DNA of 64,000 nucleotides. Source: Trichomonas gallinae. Taxonomy: Eukaryota. Position numbers and translations under genes: made by a program. How positions within the stretch are numbered: position 1 is the stretch's first letter; every line of letters starts with the position of its first letter. Location: the NCBI GenBank assembly GCA_008369845.1, contig MRSU01001977.1, forward strand, positions 1-64,000. Direction: 5' to 3'. Below the pieces are notes generated by a model that did no database searches, was not told where the DNA came from, and saw only the letters and a list, made by a program, of their open reading frames with translations. This document shows positions 52,760-63,035 of the stretch, one piece after another.

Positions 52760-54739
52760 ATGGAGGTTGAAACATCGTGGAATGTAGATCAAAAATCCAT
52801 TCAAATTCAACCAAACGACTTTGATTCCATATGTACTGTATCTCCTGATGGAAAAACTATTTGCAAAGTTGAAAATTCAAAAGTAACATTTATCAACTCT
52901 TCAGAAACTCAATCTGTTAAAGTTGCAGTACAATCATATGATGCAATTACATGCATAGAGACAGTTTACGCAAATCCATGGGTAGTTGCTGTTGGAACTC
53001 ACTCAGGAACAATTCATTTTCTCAATAATAAGAAAGAAATCGGAAAATATCAACCGTTAAATCTTCGAATCACAAAAATACGTGTAAGTAAATATAATGG
53101 AGGACAATTCACTGCACCAAGTTCTTCTTTAGTAATCCAATGCCCACCAGATCTCGTTATAGCTCCATTAGAGGCATTTACAGATTTATTCAACAAAGGA
53201 GAAATGAATGAAATACAATTCAACAAATGGCATATCGAGAAAAATTATTTCGATGCAATTCTCGTTGATTCAAAGTTTTCGACACCAATTATGAATGGAC
53301 TTCATGATTTTCCAGCTATTTACGCGATTACTCAAGATCCATTTTTCAGTGTTCATTCTGTATCTAAAGCAGCGAATCCACGCGCTTCGGAAGTCCTTAA
53401 AAAGGCCGTCACAGGCATGTTCAGGTGGATAGTAGGCACAAATGATCAGCAAGAGGAAGAATATCCAAAGGCACCAGAACAATGGAGTTTAAAGGACGAC
53501 GGCAGAGTTTCCAAATCTATTGAAGCTGATCCAACGGGCCGCTGGATAGCATTATGCGATGCACAAGGCCGTGTGCTCCTTATCGACAGCGTTTTCGGTC
53601 ACATAGTCAAAGTATTCAAAGGTTTGAGAGATGCACAAGTAGCATGGGCAGAGTCATCATCACATTTATCTGTTTTGATCATTTACGCACCATACCGCAA
53701 GATGATTATCGCGTGCACAACTCCAAACGGTGAGATCATCGATGCAGTTAGAGCTGCTCCTGGTGGAAAGCTCGTTCAGCTCCACACACCAAAGTTTTGC
53801 GTCGGTTATTTCGACGTGAACAAGAATTTTTCAGTTTTCAATGTTAAGTATGAGAACAAGAGCACATCATCGCCGAACAAATACTCGATGATATCATTCC
53901 CGAAGTACCTTCTCGCGGACGAAAGCGAGGCGGCTGTCAAATCTCACACGTGCAAGAATAAAGAAGATTTCATCGCAGCTGCTAAACTCGCGAAAAACGC
54001 CGAAGAGTCACTCGCTGTCATTCGCTCTATGGTTTCAATGATGGTATCAGATGACATCATCCTTGATGTCGTCAAAGTGTTGAAAGAAAACAATCTCAAG
54101 AAAGATATAACAACATCAAATTCATCGGAAACAATAAACGAAGCAGTCGACGTGAAAACAGACGAAATGGGATATCTAAGGAATCATGTCTTTGGATCAT
54201 TTGATGACGAGCTTGCCGGTGTCTACTGGGAATCACGCGATTCATCGATGACTCAGACAGAACCAGATCTACTGTTTTTGTCGCATTGCAGATTGATCGA
54301 TTTCTGGCAAAACATGCCACAAAGAAAAGCGCGAAAAGTCGATTTCCAGAAGGTCCCAAAGTCCAGGATTACGGACTATCTTCAAGAGAATATCCAAAGC
54401 TTCGCAGATATACTACCACAGAAGCCGCCACCACTCGCTAAGTTCATCGTTAATCCAATTTCTCATTATTCGTTTTTCTTCGACTTCATGAACGAAGAAA
54501 CCGAACTCCAGGACATATACAGGGCATTCTCTATCTCTAAGTGCGACAAAGATGTATTCGTTGAGACTCTCATCAAATGGACACTTTCTTGTTCGCCGTC
54601 TCAACTGATTTTATCGCAAAATGTTTTAACCCAGTTTTTCAAGCTTAGCAAAGTTGATGATATATACTATAAATTCAATGACCAACTTAAGGGTGATACT
54701 GTTAACGAAGCTGTTTTTGGAATTATTGCTGAAGTTTAA
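52760..54739 (+). CDS. RAB3GAP2: Rab3-GAP regulatory subunit-like (RAB3GAP2 N-terminal domain)
   Basis: L.D.GR....I..DP.G.W.A..D..GRVLLID......K.FKG.RDAQ.AW and LIIYAP.R match RAB3GAP2_N. Confidence 0.85.
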   Translation: MEVETSWNVDQKSIQIQPNDFDSICTVSPDGKTICKVENSKVTFINSSETQSVKVAVQSYDAITCIETVYANPWVVAVGTHSGTIHFLNNKKEIGKYQPLNLRITKIRVSKYNGGQFTAPSSSLVIQCPPDLVIAPLEAFTDLFNKGEMNEIQFNKWHIEKNYFDAILVDSKFSTPIMNGLHDFPAIYAITQDPFFSVHSVSKAANPRASEVLKKAVTGMFRWIVGTNDQQEEEYPKAPEQWSLKDDGRVSKSIEADPTGRWIALCDAQGRVLLIDSVFGHIVKVFKGLRDAQVAWAESSSHLSVLIIYAPYRKMIIACTTPNGEIIDAVRAAPGGKLVQLHTPKFCVGYFDVNKNFSVFNVKYENKSTSSPNKYSMISFPKYLLADESEAAVKSHTCKNKEDFIAAAKLAKNAEESLAVIRSMVSMMVSDDIILDVVKVLKENNLKKDITTSNSSETINEAVDVKTDEMGYLRNHVFGSFDDELAGVYWESRDSSMTQTEPDLLFLSHCRLIDFWQNMPQRKARKVDFQKVPKSRITDYLQENIQSFADILPQKPPPLAKFIVNPISHYSFFFDFMNEETELQDIYRAFSISKCDKDVFVETLIKWTLSCSPSQLILSQNVLTQFFKLSKVDDIYYKFNDQLKGDTVNEAVFGIIAEV

Positions 54740-55194
54740 AAAAAAAAATAATTATATTATGATACTTAACAAATCTTTACTACTCAACGAAGTTAATAAA
54801 ATTATCATTAAATTTTTTGGACATTACCAAAAATCAATTTTCCTTATATAGTCGGCGGAAAAACCCCGTCAACACTGGCCAAAAAGTCAATATTGGAAAC
54901 TCCTGCTTTGTAAATAATATTAGTACCATGGACTACATCATATAATTAAAAATGAAAGCAATCAATATATATATAATTTCGAGTTTAAATCTAATTTTTT
55001 TCATGATAATGTCAAAAACCATTATTTTCATTAAATATAACATTTATTCTAATGACGTTATATAATGAATCTTTTCCGCATAAATGGAATATACATGGAA
55101 TTAAAATCGATTCTAAATAGGAAAAATATTACGGATTTACCAGATAAACTTGAATTCCTTTATATATATATATTTTTGATTCAAACAATAAACT

Positions 55195-57048
55195 CTATTT
55201 GCTTTCATTAAATTTGTTGTAATTCTCTTCGAGTTTCGCCTCTATCTCATGCCGCATCTTCATCATGTTCATGTCGCAGTACATGAATATCTCAGTCAGC
55301 AGTGGCCATTTAAAGTCTCTCAGCGGACAACCTTCGACTTCAACAATGAGGTGGTGAAGGGAAGTGCAAACCTCCAAGAATCCGTTTGTTATGTTTTCAT
55401 CGATTGGCGGGTCCGGGCTTGAGTAGTCCTTCATCATCTCTGTCTCGATGCTCAGCTCGTGTATGACTGGGTTGTTCGCCGCGAGTTCATCGACAAATGT
55501 TTTGACATCGTATGTAGTAATTGTGCCGTCTATACATATGGACTCCAGCTCGCAGCCCTGCCTTATTACCTCCGCCAGCTGCTGGAAGACTCCGTGCACT
55601 GAGAACGGGTTCTTGTCTTCACTGATGACGGTGAAGGATAATTCGCGCGGACAATTGTCAGGGACGTCGTTTGCAATGAAAGTTAAAAATCTTTCTAGGC
55701 CGAATTCTGTTATTTTTGTCTTCTCGCACCTGAAGTCGCGTATCTTGCAGCTGCTGACCATCGCTATGAGCTGATCAATGATTTCATCGCCGAAATTATT
55801 ATTGCTCATATCGAATATATCGATTTCCATGTGTCTAATTCCCATCAGCATCTGTACCATGCAGCTGTCGCTGATCTGGCAGCCGGAAACATCCAATGTT
55901 TTCATCGGATTTTCGTTAAATTTCGCTGATGTGAAAAATTGCCCGATTTGTTTCGCAGCGGCTGGTGTTGCAATTTGCTCTTGCCACTTAAACACATCTG
56001 TTGGGGCTAGGATATGTGTTTCAGGGTACGTGAAGACCCAACAGTTTCCAGTTCGACCGAAATCGTGAAGTGATAGCGAAATTTCATGATCAATGCTGGA
56101 TAATGAGTCCGATAATTCACCAATTTGATCAGGCTCGAGGTATCCTATGCGCACATCTCTGAGTGTTTTAGAATTAACGAGAAGATTTTGCAATAATTTG
56201 AAATATTCTGCCTGTTTGAAAATTGTGTCTTGTATTTTCGGCCATGCAACTGGAAGCTGATTTGTGTCAAAGCCATCCATAATTAATACTTCTAATTTCG
56301 AATTTATAATTTTTTCGAGAAATGTTATCAGTTGCAATATCGGAATTTTAGCTCCACTTATTGCCAGTTCTGTAAGATTTGTATTTTTAAGAACGCAATT
56401 CGTAAGATTGTCGAGATCAAGAATATTATATGATAAATCCAACGATTTAAGACGATTTGTTGACGTTATTGCTTCTAGTAGCTCATTTGTTCCTTCAAGC
56501 CATATCTCATTATCGGATAAATTTAAGTATTGAAATGTACAATCTTTCATTACTTTTGCAATCGCTTGAGCGCCAAAGTCAAAAAGACTGTTGGACTCAA
56601 GCCTCAAGTGTATCAAGTGTGTTAATGATGGTAAAGCGTTTGCGATCGCGATTCCTCCTTCACTTGGAATTTGACAACCGCATAAACTCAAAACTTCCAG
56701 CGGTGGGCCGTGTTTTAGGGCATCGCCGAGTACTTCGCAGGCCTCTTGTACTAAAATATTGTTGTCAGCATAAAATTCGATTAATTTTGAGGCACCAACT
56801 GCTTCAAATATAATTTTGGATGAACGTGTAGATAGATGACAGTGAACTAAAGCTAAACCTTGTAATTTGGAGTCAGGTTTCTTTAGATGATTTGATAATA
56901 AATTTGCTGCATCTGTAGAAATATGATTTGAAGATAAATCGAGATGAGTAATATTATCTGTTAGTTTTTCCTTGACGAACGCGAGTGAAAGTGTATTCCA
57001 TAGATTCTTATCTGATCCATCCACAACATTTTCATCCTCCATGTCCAT
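55195..57048 (-). CDS. Leucine-rich repeat protein (RNI-like, ~28-aa LRRs)
   Basis: LDLSSNHI, LRLESNSL.D.GA, LNLSDNEI..EG, LDLSYN repeats. Confidence 0.88.
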   Translation of the reverse strand: MDMEDENVVDGSDKNLWNTLSLAFVKEKLTDNITHLDLSSNHISTDAANLLSNHLKKPDSKLQGLALVHCHLSTRSSKIIFEAVGASKLIEFYADNNILVQEACEVLGDALKHGPPLEVLSLCGCQIPSEGGIAIANALPSLTHLIHLRLESNSLFDFGAQAIAKVMKDCTFQYLNLSDNEIWLEGTNELLEAITSTNRLKSLDLSYNILDLDNLTNCVLKNTNLTELAISGAKIPILQLITFLEKIINSKLEVLIMDGFDTNQLPVAWPKIQDTIFKQAEYFKLLQNLLVNSKTLRDVRIGYLEPDQIGELSDSLSSIDHEISLSLHDFGRTGNCWVFTYPETHILAPTDVFKWQEQIATPAAAKQIGQFFTSAKFNENPMKTLDVSGCQISDSCMVQMLMGIRHMEIDIFDMSNNNFGDEIIDQLIAMVSSCKIRDFRCEKTKITEFGLERFLTFIANDVPDNCPRELSFTVISEDKNPFSVHGVFQQLAEVIRQGCELESICIDGTITTYDVKTFVDELAANNPVIHELSIETEMMKDYSSPDPPIDENITNGFLEVCTSLHHLIVEVEGCPLRDFKWPLLTEIFMYCDMNMMKMRHEIEAKLEENYNKFNESK

Positions 57049-57371
57049 TTTTATGCAAAATCGGCTGTAAATGTGATAATTAATATCTATATTGTCAATT
57101 AATTAAATTTTACTCAATAAAACCCATTTTTACCCTCGACCGCGAATTCAAATTTTTTAAAACTGAGTTTTACAGCAAAGTGAACTAAAATCTGCATTGA
57201 AATAGCTATATAAGGAATGATTTTAAAGTTATTTTCTGATAAACACAAAAATGAATTTTTGACATTTGTCAAAAATTAACCAGGTTAATAATTGCAGTTT
57301 ACTAGGGATGAAGATTAGAACTTGTCTGGTGTTTAAATAGCATGGTCAGAAGCTGGTGGTCCGATATTGGA

Positions 57372-57728
57372 ATGCCTGAAAAAAGGTACCCCAGTTTTTA
57401 AGAAATTCTGACATTGTAAAATGTCAAAAACTAAAACTACATTGTAATTTGGCATGTAAAAAGTCAAAAAAAGGTTTTGTCGTGTAAATCAAAATTCTGA
57501 CATCTGACAATCCGACACTGAAAGCAATCGAAGAAGAAGCAGAGAAGGCAAAGAAGAAGACCGAGCACATCAAAGAGCAGTATACTACTGTCATCCAAGA
57601 CTTCCAGTGCCAGATCGATCAGGCCAAGGAAATCACAGACAAGAAGTCCGCTGAAATCAAGCAACAGAGGCAGAGCGATTCTTAAACTACATCAGATTTT
57701 CTAAAAAAGAGGGGTACCCTTTCAGCAT
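57372..57728. mobile_element. Putative non-autonomous TIR element carrying a captured gene fragment
   Basis: Imperfect ~40-bp inverted repeats (57372-57411, 57692-57728) bracket a start-less codon-biased frame (57488-57685). No TSD identified. Confidence 0.45.
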
Positions 57729-58026
57729 GAAAAACGATTGAATAAATAGTTGCTGAGGTAAATTTATTCTTTTTGATGTGTTAGGTACAACTTTTATATG
57801 AATAGCCTACTCTTATGAAATCTGTCATTGTAAAGTGTCAAATATCAGTTTTCGGTCATATAAAATTCACTTCACTTTTGGCAGAACCTGAATAATTTTG
57901 CCAGCCCCTTCATTCCTATCAAATAACCTTTTTTTAAATAAAACAAAGTTTTTAGGTTTTAGCAGATGAAAATAGTACAAAATCACTTTATTTGGCCGGC
58001 AGCTAAAAAAATTGACAATTTTTGAA

Positions 58027-60570
58027 ATGTCGAAACCACGCCGTGGAATCGTCCAAGCAGTTCTCGATGGCAATACACTTATTGTTAAGTTTGTCGATGA
58101 ACCGTCTAAGCCAATTGAAGCAGTTTTACTCGATTTCATTCAAGCACCAAGATTGGGAACAAATGATGGTCTTCGCCAGGATGATCCTGATGCTTGGAAC
58201 TCATTTGATTTCCTCCGCAAGCTCACACTCGGCAAGAGAGTTCTCATTATTCCATCAAGGGGCAAAGAAGATTTATATCGCACACATCCAAACTACGGCC
58301 GCATGCCAGCAATCACCGGACGTGCTGAACTCGTCGACAAGAACAGCATGGATGTCGGCATGGCTGTCGTTGAAAGCGGCTGGGGCAAAGTTCGTAACGA
58401 AAAGGCTCAAGATGACTACGCACAGACATTACTTGGTCTCCAGACAGCTGCATCCGACGAATCTCGCGGCATGTGGACATCTGGTGGCCTTGTTCGCAAG
58501 CTTCCAGCTCCATACGATCCAGATGATCTTCTTAAGAGGAGAGAATTCGAAGGTATCGTCGAATCCATCATCAACGGCTCAACATACTCAGTAATCCTTC
58601 TTCCATACTTCGAAAACATCACTGTTCAGCTTGCTGGTATGAGATGCCCAGGTGCTCGCCGTGATATGCCAGATCCATTCGGCCCAGAGGCTAAGCAATT
58701 CGTCGAAACACGCCTTCTTCAGCGCGGTGTCAAAGTAACTCTTCTTCAGACAAATGAAAAAGGAAATACAAAGGAATTCTTCTGCGGCCAGGTTATTCAC
58801 CCACAGGGCGGTGATATCGCCATCTTCCTTCTCAAGGAGGGTCTTGGCAGCGTTTTCAACCCAACAATCGGTCTAATTCCAAACGGTGAAGAATACCGTG
58901 CTGCAGAAACAGAAGCCAAGAAGGCCAAAAAGAACCTCTGGAAGAACTTCGACGTTTCTTCACTCCGCACAGGCCGCGTTGAAGGAAAAATCGTCAAGAT
59001 TCAGGGATCTTCCATCCTCGAAGTCCAGACAGAGCTCGGCACAACAGAAAGAGTTTACCTCTCTTGCTGCAAGACACCAAACTTCAACCCACAAGGCACA
59101 ATCGATCCACTCGGCTTCGAAACACGCGAATTTGTCCGCCGTCTTTGCATCGGCCAGAAGTGCATTGCAATGATCGACTACTCACTTGAATCACAGCTCC
59201 GCGGCCAGAACGAGCGCAGAAACTACGCCACAGTTTACATCGGCTCCAAATGCGTCAACGAGGAACTCGTCGCTGCCGGCTTTGCCACATGCCTTGTTTC
59301 TAAGAACAACAAGCCATCAGACCGCATCGACAACATGATGCGCGCAGAAGAAGACGCCAAGGCCAAGAAGATCGGCCTCCACGCTGACAAAGTTCCAAGT
59401 GCTGCAGCTTTCAATGACCTCTCCAGCAAGCCAAACAAGCAGAAGTCCGTCCCATTCCTCCACTACCTCGATGGCAAGTCTCTTGCTGGCGTCATCGAGT
59501 ACTTCCCATCATCCTCACGCGCTGTTATTCTCATCCCAGAGCAGTCCTGCATCATCAGGATGAATCTCCTCGGCGTCATCGGCAACGACCCAACAGAGCG
59601 CATCGGCAACAGGGCTCTCGAGTACATGAACGAGAACTTCCTTCTCAGGGACTGCATCGTCCAGGTCCGCGACACAGACAAGTTCGGCTGCTTCATCGGC
59701 GCACTCACAGCTGTTGTCGGCAAGTCTCAGATCTCATGCGAAATTGCTCTCGTCAAGAACGGCTTCTGCGAGCTCCACAGCTCAGTCAACAAGCACCCAC
59801 TCAGAGGCGAACTCAACGACGCACTCGAGGAAGCCAAGGCTAACAAGGTCGGCATGTGGGGCGATGAGACAAGAATCCAGAAGGCTCTCTTGCCAAACAA
59901 GGTCTACGAGGTCAACGTCATCGAAGTTTGGGATCCAGTTACAGTTGTCATCCAGATCCAGTCCGATGAGCTTGTCAAGATCAACAAGGGTCTCGCACAG
60001 GCCAGGCAGCCAGTCGGCAAGCTCATGAAAGGTGATGTCGTCGCAGTCATCTACGAGCGCAAGCTCTACAGAGGCAGAATCCTCGAGCTCGAAGGATCCA
60101 ACGCTAAAGTTGAGTTCATCGAACTCTGCATCAACGACACAATCCCAGTCGCTGACCTCAGAGTTCTCCCAGACGAGCTCACAAAGATCCCACCACAGGC
60201 TATGTCTATCAGACTCGGTGGCTGCAAGGCCTTCAACTTCAACAACGAAGACTTCAACGAGGAAGCCAAGGATTACGTTTGGGGACTTTGCGAGAACCAG
60301 ACACTTTACGCACACTTCATGTACGATGATAGATCAGCCCCAGATCCAGATGTCCTCCTCACAGATAGAGAGGAGTCAGGCAGTGGATCTGTCAACTCTA
60401 TGGTCCTTTCTAAGGGCTACGCTAGATACAATAACATCCCTGTTCCAGAGGAACTCGAGCCTGTCATGGAGAGACTCGATCAAATCGAACAGGCAGCTCG
60501 TGACAATAAGGTTGGCGCATGGTCTTACGGCAATGTTGGTGACTCCGATGATGACGAGGACGACTATTAA
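58027..60570 (+). CDS. SND1: Tudor staphylococcal nuclease (Tudor-SN/p100)
   Basis: Four SNase-like repeats (e.g. V.LAGMRCP...EAKQFVETRLLQR.V) followed by Tudor and SN5; strong C-ending codon bias; ATG at 58027. Confidence 0.92.
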   Translation: MSKPRRGIVQAVLDGNTLIVKFVDEPSKPIEAVLLDFIQAPRLGTNDGLRQDDPDAWNSFDFLRKLTLGKRVLIIPSRGKEDLYRTHPNYGRMPAITGRAELVDKNSMDVGMAVVESGWGKVRNEKAQDDYAQTLLGLQTAASDESRGMWTSGGLVRKLPAPYDPDDLLKRREFEGIVESIINGSTYSVILLPYFENITVQLAGMRCPGARRDMPDPFGPEAKQFVETRLLQRGVKVTLLQTNEKGNTKEFFCGQVIHPQGGDIAIFLLKEGLGSVFNPTIGLIPNGEEYRAAETEAKKAKKNLWKNFDVSSLRTGRVEGKIVKIQGSSILEVQTELGTTERVYLSCCKTPNFNPQGTIDPLGFETREFVRRLCIGQKCIAMIDYSLESQLRGQNERRNYATVYIGSKCVNEELVAAGFATCLVSKNNKPSDRIDNMMRAEEDAKAKKIGLHADKVPSAAAFNDLSSKPNKQKSVPFLHYLDGKSLAGVIEYFPSSSRAVILIPEQSCIIRMNLLGVIGNDPTERIGNRALEYMNENFLLRDCIVQVRDTDKFGCFIGALTAVVGKSQISCEIALVKNGFCELHSSVNKHPLRGELNDALEEAKANKVGMWGDETRIQKALLPNKVYEVNVIEVWDPVTVVIQIQSDELVKINKGLAQARQPVGKLMKGDVVAVIYERKLYRGRILELEGSNAKVEFIELCINDTIPVADLRVLPDELTKIPPQAMSIRLGGCKAFNFNNEDFNEEAKDYVWGLCENQTLYAHFMYDDRSAPDPDVLLTDREESGSGSVNSMVLSKGYARYNNIPVPEELEPVMERLDQIEQAARDNKVGAWSYGNVGDSDDDEDDY

Positions 60571-61209
60571 AATATTTTAGATAAGCAGGTTTATTAGAAA
60601 TAATATTTTTACATTTTACTTTTTTTCCAAAATTAATTGAATGCCAAAGAATCAAATAATAAATCTTGGCAAGTATAAAATTATATTTATCTATACCTAG
60701 CAAATTAATTCTAGAATTATTAAAGTTCAGGCTTGTTTAGTAAATTTGTTGCACAAAGGTGAATGTCGTCACTTTTTATCACTAAGGTTTTTCGTGTCAG
60801 TTTTTTATGTGAAATTTTTATCATCAAAATTAGAATATAAGATTAAGCATGCTAATTTATTATAAATTTTTTATTAAATACGATTATTTTTAACTCAAAA
60901 AATTATCGTATTTATAAATAGAATCAATATATATCATATTTTATACTGTTTAATAATGATTTTTGTAATGCTTCCACGCCCGTAGAAAACACTCGGAATT
61001 TAAAAATGAATTTTTATTTTAGCCTTTACAGTAAAAATATGGGCATGTGGAAGTGTGTATATAAGCAATTTAGCAAATAGAGTTAATTCTCTGATAAATT
61101 TGGGAATCTGACATTCCTTACAATGATTTTCGAAAATTTGACACATTTCTAAATTTTGCAGAACTGGAGTTTAGATAACCACCCAATACTTGCACAGTTC
61201 CGCAAGATC

Positions 61210-62349
61210 ATGGACACATACAAATTCAACAATAATTGCACGTATCACTTGTTCCTATCACCACCATACGCGATGCCAACAGTAAAGACAAGTCCGATGG
61301 ACTATCTGTATTATAGCATCTATCCAGATAAGAAAACTCTGTATTGCTCAAGTAATAAAGACTACAAATTGCTTTTAGATAATTATTGTTTGATTTCACA
61401 AACTGGTTTCAAGGACAAATTCAAGATCCCTATAACTTGTACGACTCCTTGCTCTTCAATGTCAGGCTTTAGCTTCAGTATCCAAGAGATTGAAAATGAT
61501 TTATATGATATATCACGCGAAATACATCCAATCTATACTAAAGTCAAAGAATGCTACTCAAACTACGAGTCAAGCGTTAAATTCATGGAGAAAGTCTTCG
61601 AACAAGTTCCATCTGTTCGTCAGATTTACGAAGCTATCGATAAGGCCATATTTAAGACGCATATTACACCAGAAAACAGAGAAGATATAATGAAACGACT
61701 ACAAGTTTCAATTTCGCAGCTTGCTGCGGAAGTATTCAAATTACCAGACACTAAGATGCTTCCTGTGGCCGGAAAACAGATGCTGAACTATCTTATATTT
61801 AATGCCATAACAAGTAAATCTCATTTTAAGTTTGTCATGGCATATAATCAAGCATTTGCCGCACAAGATGCTGCAGCTCAGAAATATATGTATCAACATA
61901 TTAAGAGCTCGAATGTAGATAAATCTAAGATGCAAAATGCAGCTCTACCGTTGCATAATATTTTGCATCTCAAATCTCCTTGTGATCAGATTGTGCAAGT
62001 CGCAAACTTTTTCAACGCGGTTGTTGCTTGCCTCCCAGGAACGGAAATAGCAGCAGACGACATTCTCCCAGCCATTTGTTATGCAATGACTTTAGATTTA
62101 AGTTTTGCTTCTCACGTCGTATCATTCTTCACTTATTTATCAGAGATTTGGCCCTCAACAGGCTTAGACGAAAAATACTCATACATACTAGTCACGTGCT
62201 CAATTGCTTCACTGCACATCTCAAATCCTCCACCAGAAGTACCAGTTGTTACAAAACAACCATCACCAACTTCATCGCCTGATCCTAAGAGAACTACTAC
62301 AGACCAGGAGACTATCGCGATGCTTGAAGATTTAATATCACAGCTTTAA
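61210..62349 (+). CDS. VPS9-domain protein (Rab5-family GEF); 5' end uncertain
   Basis: SP.DQ...V.......... IAADDILPAICY and EKYSY.LVT match the VPS9 core. The track start is TTG; first ATG in the open frame is 61210. Confidence 0.8.
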   Translation: MDTYKFNNNCTYHLFLSPPYAMPTVKTSPMDYLYYSIYPDKKTLYCSSNKDYKLLLDNYCLISQTGFKDKFKIPITCTTPCSSMSGFSFSIQEIENDLYDISREIHPIYTKVKECYSNYESSVKFMEKVFEQVPSVRQIYEAIDKAIFKTHITPENREDIMKRLQVSISQLAAEVFKLPDTKMLPVAGKQMLNYLIFNAITSKSHFKFVMAYNQAFAAQDAAAQKYMYQHIKSSNVDKSKMQNAALPLHNILHLKSPCDQIVQVANFFNAVVACLPGTEIAADDILPAICYAMTLDLSFASHVVSFFTYLSEIWPSTGLDEKYSYILVTCSIASLHISNPPPEVPVVTKQPSPTSSPDPKRTTTDQETIAMLEDLISQL

Positions 62350-62379
62350 GAAATTATAATATTTATATTGAATGTTTTA

Positions 62380-62931
62380 TAATTGTTAAACAGTTTTTGC
62401 ACTTTGCGATTCAAATTCTCCTTTTATAATACTTTCATGTTTTTCACTGAATTAAAAAAGAATTTTAAATTCATTGTTAATATATTGTTCACATCGGCAT
62501 ATAGCTTAGACCATAAACAATATGATTCCAAGTTTTTGTCTACAGTTGGTTGTACGTCTACCCTTTTTGCAGCGTTTACGATTTTGTTTCGCAAAGTCTA
62601 CTAAGGTTGATGCAGCATTTTCATCGTCTACAAAAAAATTGTTTCCCAACAGAATCTGCTAAATCACATATACTTAAACATATGATAGCAATGATGTTTA
62701 TTATGATGTAAAAACTTTTCAAATCTCTTAAGGATTTTGAGAAGTTTGCAATATAACACCTTCGATCATTTTTCCCTAATATGCTTAATTAGACTTAGAC
62801 ATATCTAGGGATCATATTATGTAAATATTAAGGCATAGCGGTTCTGCCATTGATATTTTTCATCATACTGTTTTAATAATGAAATCTTCTTCAATAATTT
62901 GTATTGCTTGGAGTTTTTGTGGCAGTGTCAT
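62380..62931 (-). pseudogene. Possible decayed gene
   Basis: TCACT + ATG at 62931 (MTLPQKLQAIQIIEEDFIIKTV*), then broken coding-like pieces (VDDENAASTLVDFAKQ / IVNAAKRVDVQPTVDKNLESYCLWSKLYADV). Confidence 0.3.
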
Positions 62932-63035
62932 AGATAAAGTGATTACATTATATATGAGTGGGTAATTTGGCAAATGATAAAATAGTTACGGGCGTTAGGA
63001 ATAAAACGATAGACCCTCATTAAATATTTATATAA

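Noticed and set aside
58022..60703. Many overlapping and antisense ORFs inside Tudor-SN (likewise in TOR, PLB-like, LRR and 27917-30373)
   Set aside because: Explained by strong codon bias that depletes stops in other frames; the translations are Ser/Phe-rich shadows with no motifs.
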